Origin: Guillardia theta nucleomorph | Lineage: Eukaryota > Protista > Cryptophyta | Length of the DNA stretch: 32,000 nucleotides | Direction: 5' to 3' | Assembly (NCBI GenBank): GCA_000002975.1 | Contig: AF165818.4 | Location: 60,001-92,000, forward strand | Shown: one piece after another, positions 8,446 to 18,385 of the stretch | Numbering within the stretch: the stretch's first letter is position 1 | Layout: every line of letters begins with the position of its first letter | Made by a program: the position numbers and the translations under genes | The notes under the pieces: generated by a model | The model's database searches: none | Told to the model about the DNA's origin: nothing | Seen by the model: only the letters and a program-made list of their open reading frames with translations

Positions 8446-10047
8446 GTAGATAATTGATCTATTAACATCTTTGTTACTTATTAATTTGTTATACTTAATA
8501 AAAGAAATTATGATTGTTAATGTCATAAATAACATGAAATGATTATATAATATATCAGATACTATATCGAGTTTATTGAACATATTTTTAAATATCAGAT
8601 TGTAAAATATCAGATTTACAAAAGAGTAAAAATTTAATTGAACACATTTTCCTCTCATATTACAAGAGTGGTCTTTAATCATAGTTAGGTTTCCTAATCC
8701 AAAATAACCCACGTTTTTAAAAGCTTGATAATTTTTAATCTTATCTAAGAAAATTTGTTTTCTAAAATGTGAAACATCCAAAACTCTAGTATTTTCCATA
8801 TACAATTCTTTATTATACTTTTTGCTGATAGAATTACATTTAAGATAACTATTTTCATTGAGATCTTTAAAATAATCTAAATTTTTAATATTTTTTGTCA
8901 AACAATTATATCTCCTTAAACTATCGATATCAGAATCGACATTTAAGTTGAATAAAATTTTAAAATTCAGAAAAAAATTAAAATATAATACTAAATGAAA
9001 TATTATTCTACTTTCATAATTTTGAATATTGTAAAATAAAATATTCATCCAACTTATATATAAATTAAAGACATGTTTTATCTTTACATCTTTATTTTTT
9101 ATCAGGATAGCATTTTTGAATACTTTTGGATGATATTTGTTTTGCAATAATGAAAAATAGATTATTTCATCAATTTTATTTTTGGAAAAATGATTATTAT
9201 CAATTAAACCAAAACCATAATAATTAGTTAGACTACATTTATATTGCGTTAACTCTTTATAATTAATTACCTCAACATAATAATCGCATGAGGTGGATAA
9301 ACAAAAATCTTTTTTTATAGTTTTAAAATTTAATCTAAGTATACCCAATACTAAAATTTTAATATTATTTTTAATTGGATAAAAAAGTTCATCTTTAATC
9401 AACAAATTTATTTTTTCAATTTGATTAAAAATTTTCGATTCATTCAAATTCAAAAGGATTTTTTGAAATTTTTGATATTTAGACTTTTCCAAAATTAGTT
9501 CAAACTGAGAGAACTTTTTACAATTTTTACAAATAGTAGGTTTTAATAATTTATCTTTATCATGATTCAAATAAAATTTTGAATCACATAATTTACAAAT
9601 ATAAAAAGCTTTTTTGATCTTAAGATAAGGTTGAAATACATTTAAAACCGATCCTTTTATGATAATCAACTTATTTACATATTTTAAATTCAAACATTGA
9701 CCTAAATTGTTATATATTTGACTGAAATTAAAAAAATTAACTTTAAAAAAGCTTTTTCTTGAAATAAAATTTTTTAATTTTATCAATATTATATTATTTA
9801 AGATTTTGTTAAAACATGATATTATCTCTAATGGAAAATTAATTATCAAGAAAAATAATGAAGGTTGATTCTTACACATTTCTGTAAAATCTATCCAAAA
9901 AATTTTGTCCTTGAAGAAATATTTTCTAATTAATAAATTAGATGTTTCGAGAAAGTTGTTATTATTATTAAAAAAACCAGAGTAAAAGTTAAAAATTGAT
10001 TCTATTATAAACTGATCAGTTAACAATTTTGAGAAAAAAATTATCAT
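8422..10047 (-). CDS. mcm4: MCM-family protein, MCM4-like, highly divergent
   Basis: FPLEIISCF, NKLIIIKGSV, Zn finger AFYICKLC...PTICKNC, SKYQKFQKI, ILVLGIL. AAA+ motifs not recognisable. Paralogue assignment is tentative. Confidence 0.7.
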   Translation of the reverse strand: MIIFFSKLLTDQFIIESIFNFYSGFFNNNNNFLETSNLLIRKYFFKDKIFWIDFTEMCKNQPSLFFLIINFPLEIISCFNKILNNIILIKLKNFISRKSFFKVNFFNFSQIYNNLGQCLNLKYVNKLIIIKGSVLNVFQPYLKIKKAFYICKLCDSKFYLNHDKDKLLKPTICKNCKKFSQFELILEKSKYQKFQKILLNLNESKIFNQIEKINLLIKDELFYPIKNNIKILVLGILRLNFKTIKKDFCLSTSCDYYVEVINYKELTQYKCSLTNYYGFGLIDNNHFSKNKIDEIIYFSLLQNKYHPKVFKNAILIKNKDVKIKHVFNLYISWMNILFYNIQNYESRIIFHLVLYFNFFLNFKILFNLNVDSDIDSLRRYNCLTKNIKNLDYFKDLNENSYLKCNSISKKYNKELYMENTRVLDVSHFRKQIFLDKIKNYQAFKNVGYFGLGNLTMIKDHSCNMRGKCVQLNFYSFVNLIFYNLIFKNMFNKLDIVSDILYNHFMLFMTLTIIISFIKYNKLISNKDVNRSIIYTLEKSPQ

Positions 10048-10161
10048 ACTAATATCGGTTCAAAAGAGTTTCTATTTAAATTAAATATTAATAAACAATA
10101 AATTTTTTAAATTATCTTAAAGTAAAATTTTAAGAGGAATAATAATGATATTTTTTTTAAT

Positions 10162-10677
10162 TCAAATTTCATCAGATTTAGTCAAGAACTTTATAGAATA
10201 ATATTTTAAAATGTCAGTATAATTTTCAGTAATAAAATACTTGTTTTTTTTAAAAAAAAAATATGAATTGTTGGATGTTAACTTACATAATTTAATAAAA
10301 ATTAATTTAAAATTCGCAAATATCAAAAATGCATTTTCATAAAAACATATTATACTTATAAAATATTTGAACAATATGCAATTAATTCTATAGTTATTTT
10401 TTAACATTTTATTTATCAAAACAGCACTAATAATTTTTATTTTTTTTTCAGTGAAATTAATTGTATTGTAAATTATCAAGAACTTTTTAAGTATTAATAA
10501 AATTGAAGTAATTGGTCTTAGTTTAAATTTCATACTAAGATTTTTCGAAAAACAAAAATCTATTTTATATTCCCGATCTAAAGAAATGTAAAAATAAGAC
10601 TTTAATAGGTTTAAATGTCGTTTACTACCTTTCGAAGCTTTCCATCCATTAATAAGTATAATTAAATTAAAAGTCAT
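10162..10677 (-). CDS. Hypothetical protein (171 aa)
   Basis: ATG-started ORF filling the gap between genes; no motif recognised. Confidence 0.6.
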   Translation of the reverse strand: MTFNLIILINGWKASKGSKRHLNLLKSYFYISLDREYKIDFCFSKNLSMKFKLRPITSILLILKKFLIIYNTINFTEKKIKIISAVLINKMLKNNYRINCILFKYFISIICFYENAFLIFANFKLIFIKLCKLTSNNSYFFFKKNKYFITENYTDILKYYSIKFLTKSDEI

Positions 10678-10710
10678 TTTATTTCTAAATAATTTAATAT
10701 ATATTTAACC

Positions 10711-11409
10711 ATGTCATTTAATATATTTTTATCACCAGAAGGAAGGCTAAAGGATTTAGAATATGCTCAAGAGGCAGCAAATCTTGGTTCAACGAGTTGT
10801 GGAATCAAAACAAAAGATTTTATTTTCATATTATCTGAAAGGAAAAAAAAAAAATCTTTAGATTATCTTAACGATCAAAAAATTTATGTTCTTGATAAAA
10901 ACAAAGGATGTTGCGTCTCGGGACTGATTTCAGATTCAAGAAAAATAATTGATAATGTAAGGATTTATTGTGAGAATAAATATTTTTTAATAAACTCATA
11001 TCCAAGTATAGAAGAATGTTCTAACCTTATAAATAATCTCATAACTTCCTATAATACAAATAATGATGTAAATAAAATTTCACCAAGACCCTTAGGTACA
11101 TCGTTTTTGTTATTTGGAAAAAGCAATAAAAAACTTGAATTGATAAAAGTAGACCCATCTGGACGCTATATAAAAGATAAAATTTTAGCAATCGGGGAAG
11201 GATCGAAAGACGTTTTGATTATTTTACAAGAAGGCTATAGATCAAATATGAAAAAAATTGAGGCTAAAACTTTAGCATTTAAAACTCTCAGAGCAATATC
11301 AGAATCAATACTCAATGAAAAGAACGTCGAGGCTGCTCAAATATCTGAATCTAATACTTTGCGAATACTTTTTAAGGAAGAAATCAATCAAATTCTGAAA
11401 TTAATTTGA
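10711..11409 (+). CDS. prsA5: 20S proteasome alpha subunit, alpha-5 type
   Basis: LSPEGRL..LEYAQEAANLGSTSCGIKT, SGLISDSR, RPLGTSFL, VDPSG, AIGEGS. Confidence 0.88.
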   Translation: MSFNIFLSPEGRLKDLEYAQEAANLGSTSCGIKTKDFIFILSERKKKKSLDYLNDQKIYVLDKNKGCCVSGLISDSRKIIDNVRIYCENKYFLINSYPSIEECSNLINNLITSYNTNNDVNKISPRPLGTSFLLFGKSNKKLELIKVDPSGRYIKDKILAIGEGSKDVLIILQEGYRSNMKKIEAKTLAFKTLRAISESILNEKNVEAAQISESNTLRILFKEEINQILKLI

Positions 11410-11441
11410 ATTATCTTACTACCTATTCATAAACATATATA

Positions 11442-12017
11442 ATGAGCGATATTTTATTATTCAACAAGTGGTCTTCTACTAATATCGTAATAAATGATAT
11501 TTCATTAATACCATATATATCAATAAAAGATAAAAACGCAGTTTTTATTCCTCATTCGTCGTTAAATTATAACAAAAAAAAATTCAGAAAAGCAAAGTGT
11601 AATTTAATTGAAAGATTATTATGTTCTTTAATGATGAATGGAAGAAATTCCGGAAAAAAAATAAAAGCAATAAATATTATTAAATCGTCTTTCGAGATGA
11701 TTCATATTTTAACTAAAACAAATCCAATCCAGATACTAGTTGATGCTGTAGCTAATTCTGGACCAAGAGAAGATTCTACCAAAATAGGTTATTCAGGAAC
11801 TGCGAGAAGACAAGCGGTAGACGTTTCTCCATTAAGAAGAATTAATATTGCACTAAAATTAATCACAGCAGGCGCAAGAGAATCAGCTTTTAGAAATTTA
11901 AAATCAATATCTGAGTGTCTAACAGAAGAACTCATAAATGCAGCTAAATGTTCATCAAATTCATACGCAATTAAAAAAAAGGATGAAATAGAAAGGGTAG
12001 CCAAAGCCAATAGATAA
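11442..12017 (+). CDS. rps5: 40S ribosomal protein S5 (uS7)
   Basis: [48 protein letters not shown]. Confidence 0.99.
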   Translation: MSDILLFNKWSSTNIVINDISLIPYISIKDKNAVFIPHSSLNYNKKKFRKAKCNLIERLLCSLMMNGRNSGKKIKAINIIKSSFEMIHILTKTNPIQILVDAVANSGPREDSTKIGYSGTARRQAVDVSPLRRINIALKLITAGARESAFRNLKSISECLTEELINAAKCSSNSYAIKKKDEIERVAKANR

Positions 12018-12033
12018 AATTAAATTTTTAAAT

Positions 12034-14031
12034 TTATTCATTTATTAATAAATTATTTTTATATTTTTGTCTTAGATTTGTAAATTTATCAAATTGACTT
12101 TTTCTATTTATTAAACAAAAATTTCTTGATCTAGATAAAATATAAATTGATTTTTTCAGCTCATTTCCTGAATTTTTATTTAGACCGATTATATCAAAAA
12201 AAACTGATTTATTAAGATGATGTTCACTTTTTAATAGTTTACTTTTATAAATTTTAAGTTTTAAATATTGAATCGTATATCGTCTTATATTGATATATCT
12301 AAAAAAAAAACTGTAAGCAATTATAAATGAAAAGTCGGAAAAAAAGTTTTTTCTATTTAGGCAACTTGAAAGATATTGAATTGAAATTAATAAATTAATC
12401 AATGAAGAATTTTTTTCATATCTATATGCTTGCAAATATTCAGAAACAGCATAGCCTTTACTCCCAAAGTCTGAACATAAATTGCCTGTAAAAATTATTC
12501 CCGGAAGAGTAAATGGGTTTTTTTTTAATATTCTCAATGAATATTTTAAGGTTTTTGAAAGACTAAAACCAATTTTTTTTTGAATTTCAGAAAAATAATG
12601 CCAATATTTTGTAGAATCAGAAAATCTCAAACATAGTTTTCTTATTAGATTATATGAAAATTTGTATTCAGCATAATTAAGAGAGTTGTATATTAAAATA
12701 TTATCAATTTTACAGTTTTCAATTGAAACGAATGATTTAAAAAATCTAAGAAATCTTATGATATAGTTGAAATTATTCATGTGCTTATCAATATCATTCA
12801 TAAGAATTTTTCTAATAAAAGTTTTAAAATCGTTTTTAATCAGATAAGAAATTTTTTTAAGTTTTTTATTTTTCTTGTAAAATTCAGAAATATATATAAA
12901 AAGATAATATACTAACTTTTTAAAACTCAGAAATTTATTTTTTTGATATAACAATTCGATGATTTTTATTAGATAATCGATATCAATTTTAAAATTTTTT
13001 GGAAAATTTTTTTTTTTACCACTATTATAATTCAACTTTTTATTTATTTTTTTTTTAATGAGTATATAATAATAATGAATTTCCTTTCTAACTAAAACAT
13101 TTTTCGATAACTTAGTTAACGTTCTCAAAAATAAGACTGTGTTTTTTTTGGAAAGATTAAAAATTTCAAAAATTATCATGGTTTTAAATTTTTTATTACG
13201 AAAAAGTTTAAAATAACTAAAATCATAATCTAATGTAACAAATAAGAATTTGAAATCGAATGATTTTTTCTGTTCGTTTTGTTCTGACATTTTAAATAAT
13301 GATTTGTAATGTTTTTGTTTTTTTGAAGATGAATATAATGTTAAAAAAAATTTTTTATTTAAATAATTATGGTTTAATAAATTTAGCATCATACTGGGTA
13401 GATTTTGATGACCTTCAGTCTTTAAAAAAATTTTCAATCTATTATTTTTAGTAGAACTTGAACTAAAAAGTGAATATTTTATCCATTGGAATAGAATTTT
13501 TTTGTAAAAAATACTATTAATATTATGTAATTCATTAGCAATTAATAGAATTTTTTTTGAATGTTTAAAGGTAAAGATATTATTTTTTAAGACGACTTCT
13601 GATAAAAAAATTAAATAATATGTTTTAAAATTACTAAAAATTTTATTATTGATTTTATGTTTTAAATGAAATTTAGCATTTTTTTTGTCTGAAAATCTGC
13701 AAAAATATTTTGAAAAAAACAGAAAAACATCAATTTTCATATTTCTATGAAAAATATTTGTTATAGTATTTAATATAAAATAAATTCTAAGCCAATAGGC
13801 TTGATAAAAAAAATCATTTTCACATTTAAATTTTAAAGAACAATTCCTAATATAAATAAATTTTAATTTAACATAGTTAAAAAGCATACCTGTTTTAAGA
13901 AAAAATACTTCTATTTTTTGAATAATTTTTAAATCTATTTTTTTATCGTCAATTCTACTAAAAAATGCTTTAAACTTACTAAAATTCCTAAATGATATAA
14001 TCTCATTAATTATTTCAAAATCACATGTCAT
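12034..14031 (-). CDS. Putative TFIIIC TPR subunit (Tfc4/GTF3C3-like), divergent
   Basis: C-terminal GNLCSDFGSKGYAVSEYLQAYRYEKNSSLINLLISIQYL...AYSFFFRYINIR aligns by eye with GTF3C3 GHNAFVSGSFKHALGQYVQAFR...GFSFLNRYLSLR. Confidence 0.65.
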   Translation of the reverse strand: MTCDFEIINEIISFRNFSKFKAFFSRIDDKKIDLKIIQKIEVFFLKTGMLFNYVKLKFIYIRNCSLKFKCENDFFYQAYWLRIYFILNTITNIFHRNMKIDVFLFFSKYFCRFSDKKNAKFHLKHKINNKIFSNFKTYYLIFLSEVVLKNNIFTFKHSKKILLIANELHNINSIFYKKILFQWIKYSLFSSSSTKNNRLKIFLKTEGHQNLPSMMLNLLNHNYLNKKFFLTLYSSSKKQKHYKSLFKMSEQNEQKKSFDFKFLFVTLDYDFSYFKLFRNKKFKTMIIFEIFNLSKKNTVLFLRTLTKLSKNVLVRKEIHYYYILIKKKINKKLNYNSGKKKNFPKNFKIDIDYLIKIIELLYQKNKFLSFKKLVYYLFIYISEFYKKNKKLKKISYLIKNDFKTFIRKILMNDIDKHMNNFNYIIRFLRFFKSFVSIENCKIDNILIYNSLNYAEYKFSYNLIRKLCLRFSDSTKYWHYFSEIQKKIGFSLSKTLKYSLRILKKNPFTLPGIIFTGNLCSDFGSKGYAVSEYLQAYRYEKNSSLINLLISIQYLSSCLNRKNFFSDFSFIIAYSFFFRYINIRRYTIQYLKLKIYKSKLLKSEHHLNKSVFFDIIGLNKNSGNELKKSIYILSRSRNFCLINRKSQFDKFTNLRQKYKNNLLINE

Positions 14032-14046
14032 TAATTTAATATATAA

Positions 14047-15090
14047 TTAAAAATATATATGAAATCTTCTTGACATAAATTCTTTGTGTTTATTCGAAGA
14101 ATATTTGAAATGAAGATGATTTTGACCACAATAACTAGATTGATATAACAATAACAAAGATCCTATTAACCCGCAAGATTTAACCAATGAAAAATTCTTT
14201 TTACTATCGATTCTAAAAATATTCATTAAAATTTTCAATGAAATATTTCCAGAAAATTTCAATGATAAAAATATGCATGAAAGAGAAATTATTTCAAAAT
14301 TGTATCTTAATGTATTAATTTCTATAAGACATAATTCAAGACATTTATTGGAAAAAAAAATAGAGTCTAATTTAAGACATAAAATCTTCATCCACAATGA
14401 AAGAAATGACTGTGGTGATGGTAAATTAAATTTAAATCTTAAAACAAAACAAATCAACTGTTCCATTTTTATGATATCTTCTTTTGAGTAAGCATTGTCA
14501 CAAATATATATAAAATCTCGAATTTCAGGAGCATATATTTCTTCGTATTTGGAAGCTATAAACATAGAGGTAATACCTAATAATTGTAATTTTTGTTTAC
14601 CAATTTTCTTAAGACACAAAAATCTATCAATAATATTTATTGTTAAAAAAAGAGTTTTACTAAGGAGCTTAAATTTATGATGAACATCAATTATCCAATC
14701 AATCAAAATTTTTCTCATATTCTTGTTAATTTCTGTTTGCACCTTCATCACATTTGTGAAAGGAATATATAGAAATTGAATCTTTCTAAAATTGAATAAT
14801 ATATTTAAAATAAGTTTTTCAAAATTTAAAACATTTCCTGCTTCCAATAAATTATCAAAAAAAGAATAAAAATTTATATGACAAGATTTGTAATCAAATT
14901 TTATTCTTTTTTTGATTTCAACCGAAAATTTAATCATAAAACACCATAAAAAATTTCTTGTATTGTTAATATTTAATGACTCGTGTACGTTTTCATATAA
15001 TAAATATAAAAAATGCACTATTGTATTGTTTTTTTTTTTTATTTTATAGTTGAATAATGTTTTTAGATCATCATATAGCAATAATTTCAT
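14047..15090 (-). CDS. cycB: Mitotic B-type cyclin
   Basis: Cyclin box MRKILIDWIIDVHHKFKL...TLFLTINIIDRFL...LQLLGITSMFIASKYEEIYAPEI. First ATG at 15090; the track start at 15126 is a TTG. Confidence 0.93.
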   Translation of the reverse strand: MKLLLYDDLKTLFNYKIKKKNNTIVHFLYLLYENVHESLNINNTRNFLWCFMIKFSVEIKKRIKFDYKSCHINFYSFFDNLLEAGNVLNFEKLILNILFNFRKIQFLYIPFTNVMKVQTEINKNMRKILIDWIIDVHHKFKLLSKTLFLTINIIDRFLCLKKIGKQKLQLLGITSMFIASKYEEIYAPEIRDFIYICDNAYSKEDIIKMEQLICFVLRFKFNLPSPQSFLSLWMKILCLKLDSIFFSNKCLELCLIEINTLRYNFEIISLSCIFLSLKFSGNISLKILMNIFRIDSKKNFSLVKSCGLIGSLLLLYQSSYCGQNHLHFKYSSNKHKEFMSRRFHIYF

Positions 15091-15227
15091 AATTTGTTTA
15101 TAAATTTGTAAATGTACAAAAACCAATATTATTTTTATTAAACTTTATAGAAAAAGAAAAGCTGATAAAAATTTGTTTTAAAAAAATATAATCAAATTTT
15201 TATATTTTAAGGATTCAATAATATCAT

Positions 15228-15581
15228 ATGAAATCTATACTAAAGTTCAAAAAACCAAAAATAAAAAATATAAATAATATTTCGAAAATCAATAACATAA
15301 ATAAAAATATTCAAAAGAGAAATTTTATATACAAGCAACTTATATATCCTGTAACTAGTGAATCAGCCATGAAGAAAATACAAACATCGAATACCCTAAC
15401 CTTTTTAGTTGAACCGATGAATAACAAAAATTCGTTAAAAAAAATTATTTCAAAATTATTTAAAGTTAAAACGATAAAAATTAATTCTTTAATATCAATG
15501 AATGGAAAAAAAAAAATATTTGTTAAGTTAGGTCCAGAACATGATGCATTAGATGTAGCAAATAAAATTGGATATATATAA
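15228..15581 (+). CDS. rpl23A: 60S ribosomal protein L23a (uL23)
   Basis: YPVTSESAMKKI..NTLTFLV, GKKKIFVKL..HDALDVANKIGYI. Confidence 0.97.
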   Translation: MKSILKFKKPKIKNINNISKINNINKNIQKRNFIYKQLIYPVTSESAMKKIQTSNTLTFLVEPMNNKNSLKKIISKLFKVKTIKINSLISMNGKKKIFVKLGPEHDALDVANKIGYI

Positions 15582-15636
15582 AATAAGTTAAAAGTTAAAT
15601 TTGTAATAATAATTCAATAATATATTTTGTAAATTT

Positions 15637-17871
15637 ATGGAATTTAAAAAATTTGAAACAAGAATTTATAATGAATTTAATAGAATAATTTGGAATTTTT
15701 TATCTCATGAAAATTTATTAGGTAAAACAATTTTTAAAAAGATTAAACGAACAAAATTCAAAAATAGTAATGATAACTTTAGTATTTCAATATATTTAAA
15801 TTTTGAAAATTTAATAAAGTTTAGCGACGAATTAGCTGATTATTGCATTTGCAATTATTTTGAAACAAAAAGTCTGGTTGAAGGTGTATTGTACAATTTA
15901 AATATTGATAAAAAAAAATTGAATTATAGGTATCGTAGTACACAAAGAAAGTTAATAATAAATATTCTAGTATTTTACAACTTACCATTTCACGTGAACT
16001 TAAAATACTTAAGTAAATTTAACACAAATTCTTGCTTATTAATCGAAGGGGTTGTTATTGATATCGAAGAAACTTACATATACAACTCAAATTTTTTTTT
16101 TGAGTGCAGAAACCCTTCTTGTAAAATTAAAAATGAATTCAAATATAGTATTATATTTAAAAACTATATAAATTGTAAATTTTGTAGATTTGCGAATACA
16201 AATATTCAATTCTTTAAAAATAATAACATAAATTCCTGTAAAAAAATTAAAATATTAAAAAATATAAGGAATAAAAAACGATCTGGCGAAATGATTAGTT
16301 TGATTGTTTTAGTTGAATCATTTGAAAATAATGTAATTAAAGTTGGGGATTATATACTGATGTCAGGTTATTTTATTGCAAATTCTGATTTTGAAGACCG
16401 AAATAAACAAATTTTTGAATCATTTGAAAGATATACAAAAAAAAATTTTTCATTATATTTAATATTTTATGCATTTCACTTTTTTAAGTTTGATTTTAAG
16501 AAAATTGAAAATTGTAAACATTTTAAAAGATTTTTGTTTAGACCAAATTTAAAATATTTTAATAATCTAAAATACATCATGAAAAACTTTAAAAAGAACA
16601 CTATTTTTAAGGTAAAAATTTTCAAACCATTTTTTACTGATGTAAATAATTATGACATTTTTATGATAGTTGTTGGCTGTATCCTAATCCAGAGTTTTGA
16701 GGAACAAAATAATAAATATAAAACTTCATTGGCAAAGATCAATCTATGTTTAATACAAGAACAATCAATAAAAAATAGTAAATCTTATAAATTTTTTTCA
16801 GATTTTATTGGTAAAGATCTATCCGGCTCAATCGCTAATTTTTTACGAATAAATGAGATGAGATATGAATTGAATTCAGAAAATAATAAAATAATCCTTG
16901 ATCAAATAAAAATCAACAAAAATATATTATTATTGAAAATGGATTTAAAAAGCTATCTTGAAAATATAAATTTTATTACTTTTTTAAACAAAAAGAAGAT
17001 AAATTTTATCAGAAATAATAAAATTTATAAAACCATTTTAAATGTCTTTATCATAATATTTATCGAACTGGTTCAGAATTCTGAAAATTTTTCATATTTC
17101 AACGGAATGTTAAATGAAGTTGAACAATTTGTTGATTTTATATTTGGAATTAAAACAAAGAACAATTTTGATTATTTTTCATATAGAAATTATTGTTTTT
17201 TAAATAATCAACTAATCTATAACCAATCGAATCGGAATTATTGTTCTTTTATTAAAAAAAATCATCTTATAATCTCTAATCTAACTTTTAGTTCTTGGAA
17301 AAAAAAATCAAAGTTATTTCTAATTAGATTCTACTTGTTTTATACTGATTTTTTCAAAGAAATAAATCTTGATATATTAAAAGGTATGCATTTTAATTTG
17401 CGTAAAGTATTTAGAATTTCAAAGGTAATTTCACAATTAATGATCGATTCTAAATTAATTGAATTTCACTTTAAGATATTTTTAAGAGCATTTTTACTTA
17501 CTTTCATAAAAAAAAACAATCTATTGAAGTCTGAAAACGGCCAAACCTTACTAAAAAAAATTTATGAAATTCTTTTTAATAAACGTTTATTCAATTTTTT
17601 AAAACATTATTCAGATAAAAATTCATTTGAGCTCGTGTTACAGATAAATAAAAACATCAAAGTTAAAAATGATATCGAGTATTTTTATCAAAATGAATTT
17701 AAAACAATATACTTCAATAAAGTTAAAATGAAAGGAAAATTTTTTGAACTTAAGTTCAGAACAAAAGAAACAAATCATCTAATGTTATTAAGATATATAA
17801 TTTTAATAATCCAACAAATTTATTTTAATTCGCACAGAACAGGATTCGAACCTGTGATGGATAACCAATAA
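15637..17871 (+). CDS. MCM-family protein, MCM5-like, highly divergent
   Basis: LNFENLIKFSDELADY (MCM5 EDLASFDEDLADY), LLIEGVVI, Zn finger ECRNPSC...CKFC, OB-fold IKVGDYILMSGYF. ATPase motifs degenerate. Confidence 0.65.
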   Translation: MEFKKFETRIYNEFNRIIWNFLSHENLLGKTIFKKIKRTKFKNSNDNFSISIYLNFENLIKFSDELADYCICNYFETKSLVEGVLYNLNIDKKKLNYRYRSTQRKLIINILVFYNLPFHVNLKYLSKFNTNSCLLIEGVVIDIEETYIYNSNFFFECRNPSCKIKNEFKYSIIFKNYINCKFCRFANTNIQFFKNNNINSCKKIKILKNIRNKKRSGEMISLIVLVESFENNVIKVGDYILMSGYFIANSDFEDRNKQIFESFERYTKKNFSLYLIFYAFHFFKFDFKKIENCKHFKRFLFRPNLKYFNNLKYIMKNFKKNTIFKVKIFKPFFTDVNNYDIFMIVVGCILIQSFEEQNNKYKTSLAKINLCLIQEQSIKNSKSYKFFSDFIGKDLSGSIANFLRINEMRYELNSENNKIILDQIKINKNILLLKMDLKSYLENINFITFLNKKKINFIRNNKIYKTILNVFIIIFIELVQNSENFSYFNGMLNEVEQFVDFIFGIKTKNNFDYFSYRNYCFLNNQLIYNQSNRNYCSFIKKNHLIISNLTFSSWKKKSKLFLIRFYLFYTDFFKEINLDILKGMHFNLRKVFRISKVISQLMIDSKLIEFHFKIFLRAFLLTFIKKNNLLKSENGQTLLKKIYEILFNKRLFNFLKHYSDKNSFELVLQINKNIKVKNDIEYFYQNEFKTIYFNKVKMKGKFFELKFRTKETNHLMLLRYIILIIQQIYFNSHRTGFEPVMDNQ

Positions 17872-17911
17872 GATTTCGAGTCTTACACCTTAACCACTCG
17901 GTCACCTGTGC
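17831..17911 (-). tRNA. trnS: tRNA-Ser (anticodon CGA)
   Basis: GCACAGGTGACCGAGTGGTTAAGGTGTAAGACT-CGA-AATCTTATTGGTTATCCATCACAGGTTCGAATCCTGTTCTGTGCG: full cloverleaf, long variable arm, G discriminator. Confidence 0.97.
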
Positions 17912-18345
17912 TAATTAATAGAACAACCTATCGATTTACATGTTCCGATTAATTCTTTAAGTGTACCATCTAATTTGACTGCTCCTGAACGTTTTCTAAG
18001 TATTTTCGCAATTTTTATCAGATCTTCATGTTCAATTGCTCCATTATGCTTAATATTTTTTACTTTTTTTCGATCTCTTTTAGGTTCATTTAATGATCTA
18101 ATAATCAATGATGATGATGATGGGACAACCTCCACGGTAGCTTGCCTGTTTTGGACTTTTAATTTACACATAATTTTTAAACCTTGCCATTCTTTTGTGG
18201 AATTAGAAAGCTGCTCTCCAAGTTTTTTAGGTGATAACCCTAAAGGACCGATCTTTGGTGCAAGAGATGAAACGGATCCTACTTCACCGCCTACGGTTCT
18301 TATAAGTATCTCTGTAACTTGATTGCTATCAATTTTTGGTGGCAT
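17911..18345 (-). CDS. rpl12: 60S ribosomal protein L12 (uL11), C-terminally shortened
   Basis: MPPK..., GGEVG..SSLAPKIGPLGLSPKK, VQNRQA, EPKRDRKKVKNIKHNG. ATG at 18345. Confidence 0.98.
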   Translation of the reverse strand: MPPKIDSNQVTEILIRTVGGEVGSVSSLAPKIGPLGLSPKKLGEQLSNSTKEWQGLKIMCKLKVQNRQATVEVVPSSSSLIIRSLNEPKRDRKKVKNIKHNGAIEHEDLIKIAKILRKRSGAVKLDGTLKELIGTCKSIGCSIN

Positions 18346-18385
18346 ATACAATAACTTTAACGTATTTTAACATAATTTATTAATT

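Noticed and set aside
10240-10286. Minus-strand GTAAGT...CAAG (47 nt) inside the 171-aa ORF
   Set aside because: The ORF is open without splicing, the acceptor is weak, and no homology supports it.
18107-18122. (ATG)n repeat resembling a snoRNA C box
   Set aside because: It is the antisense of the rpl12 Ser run (PSSSSL), with no paired D box or terminal stem.
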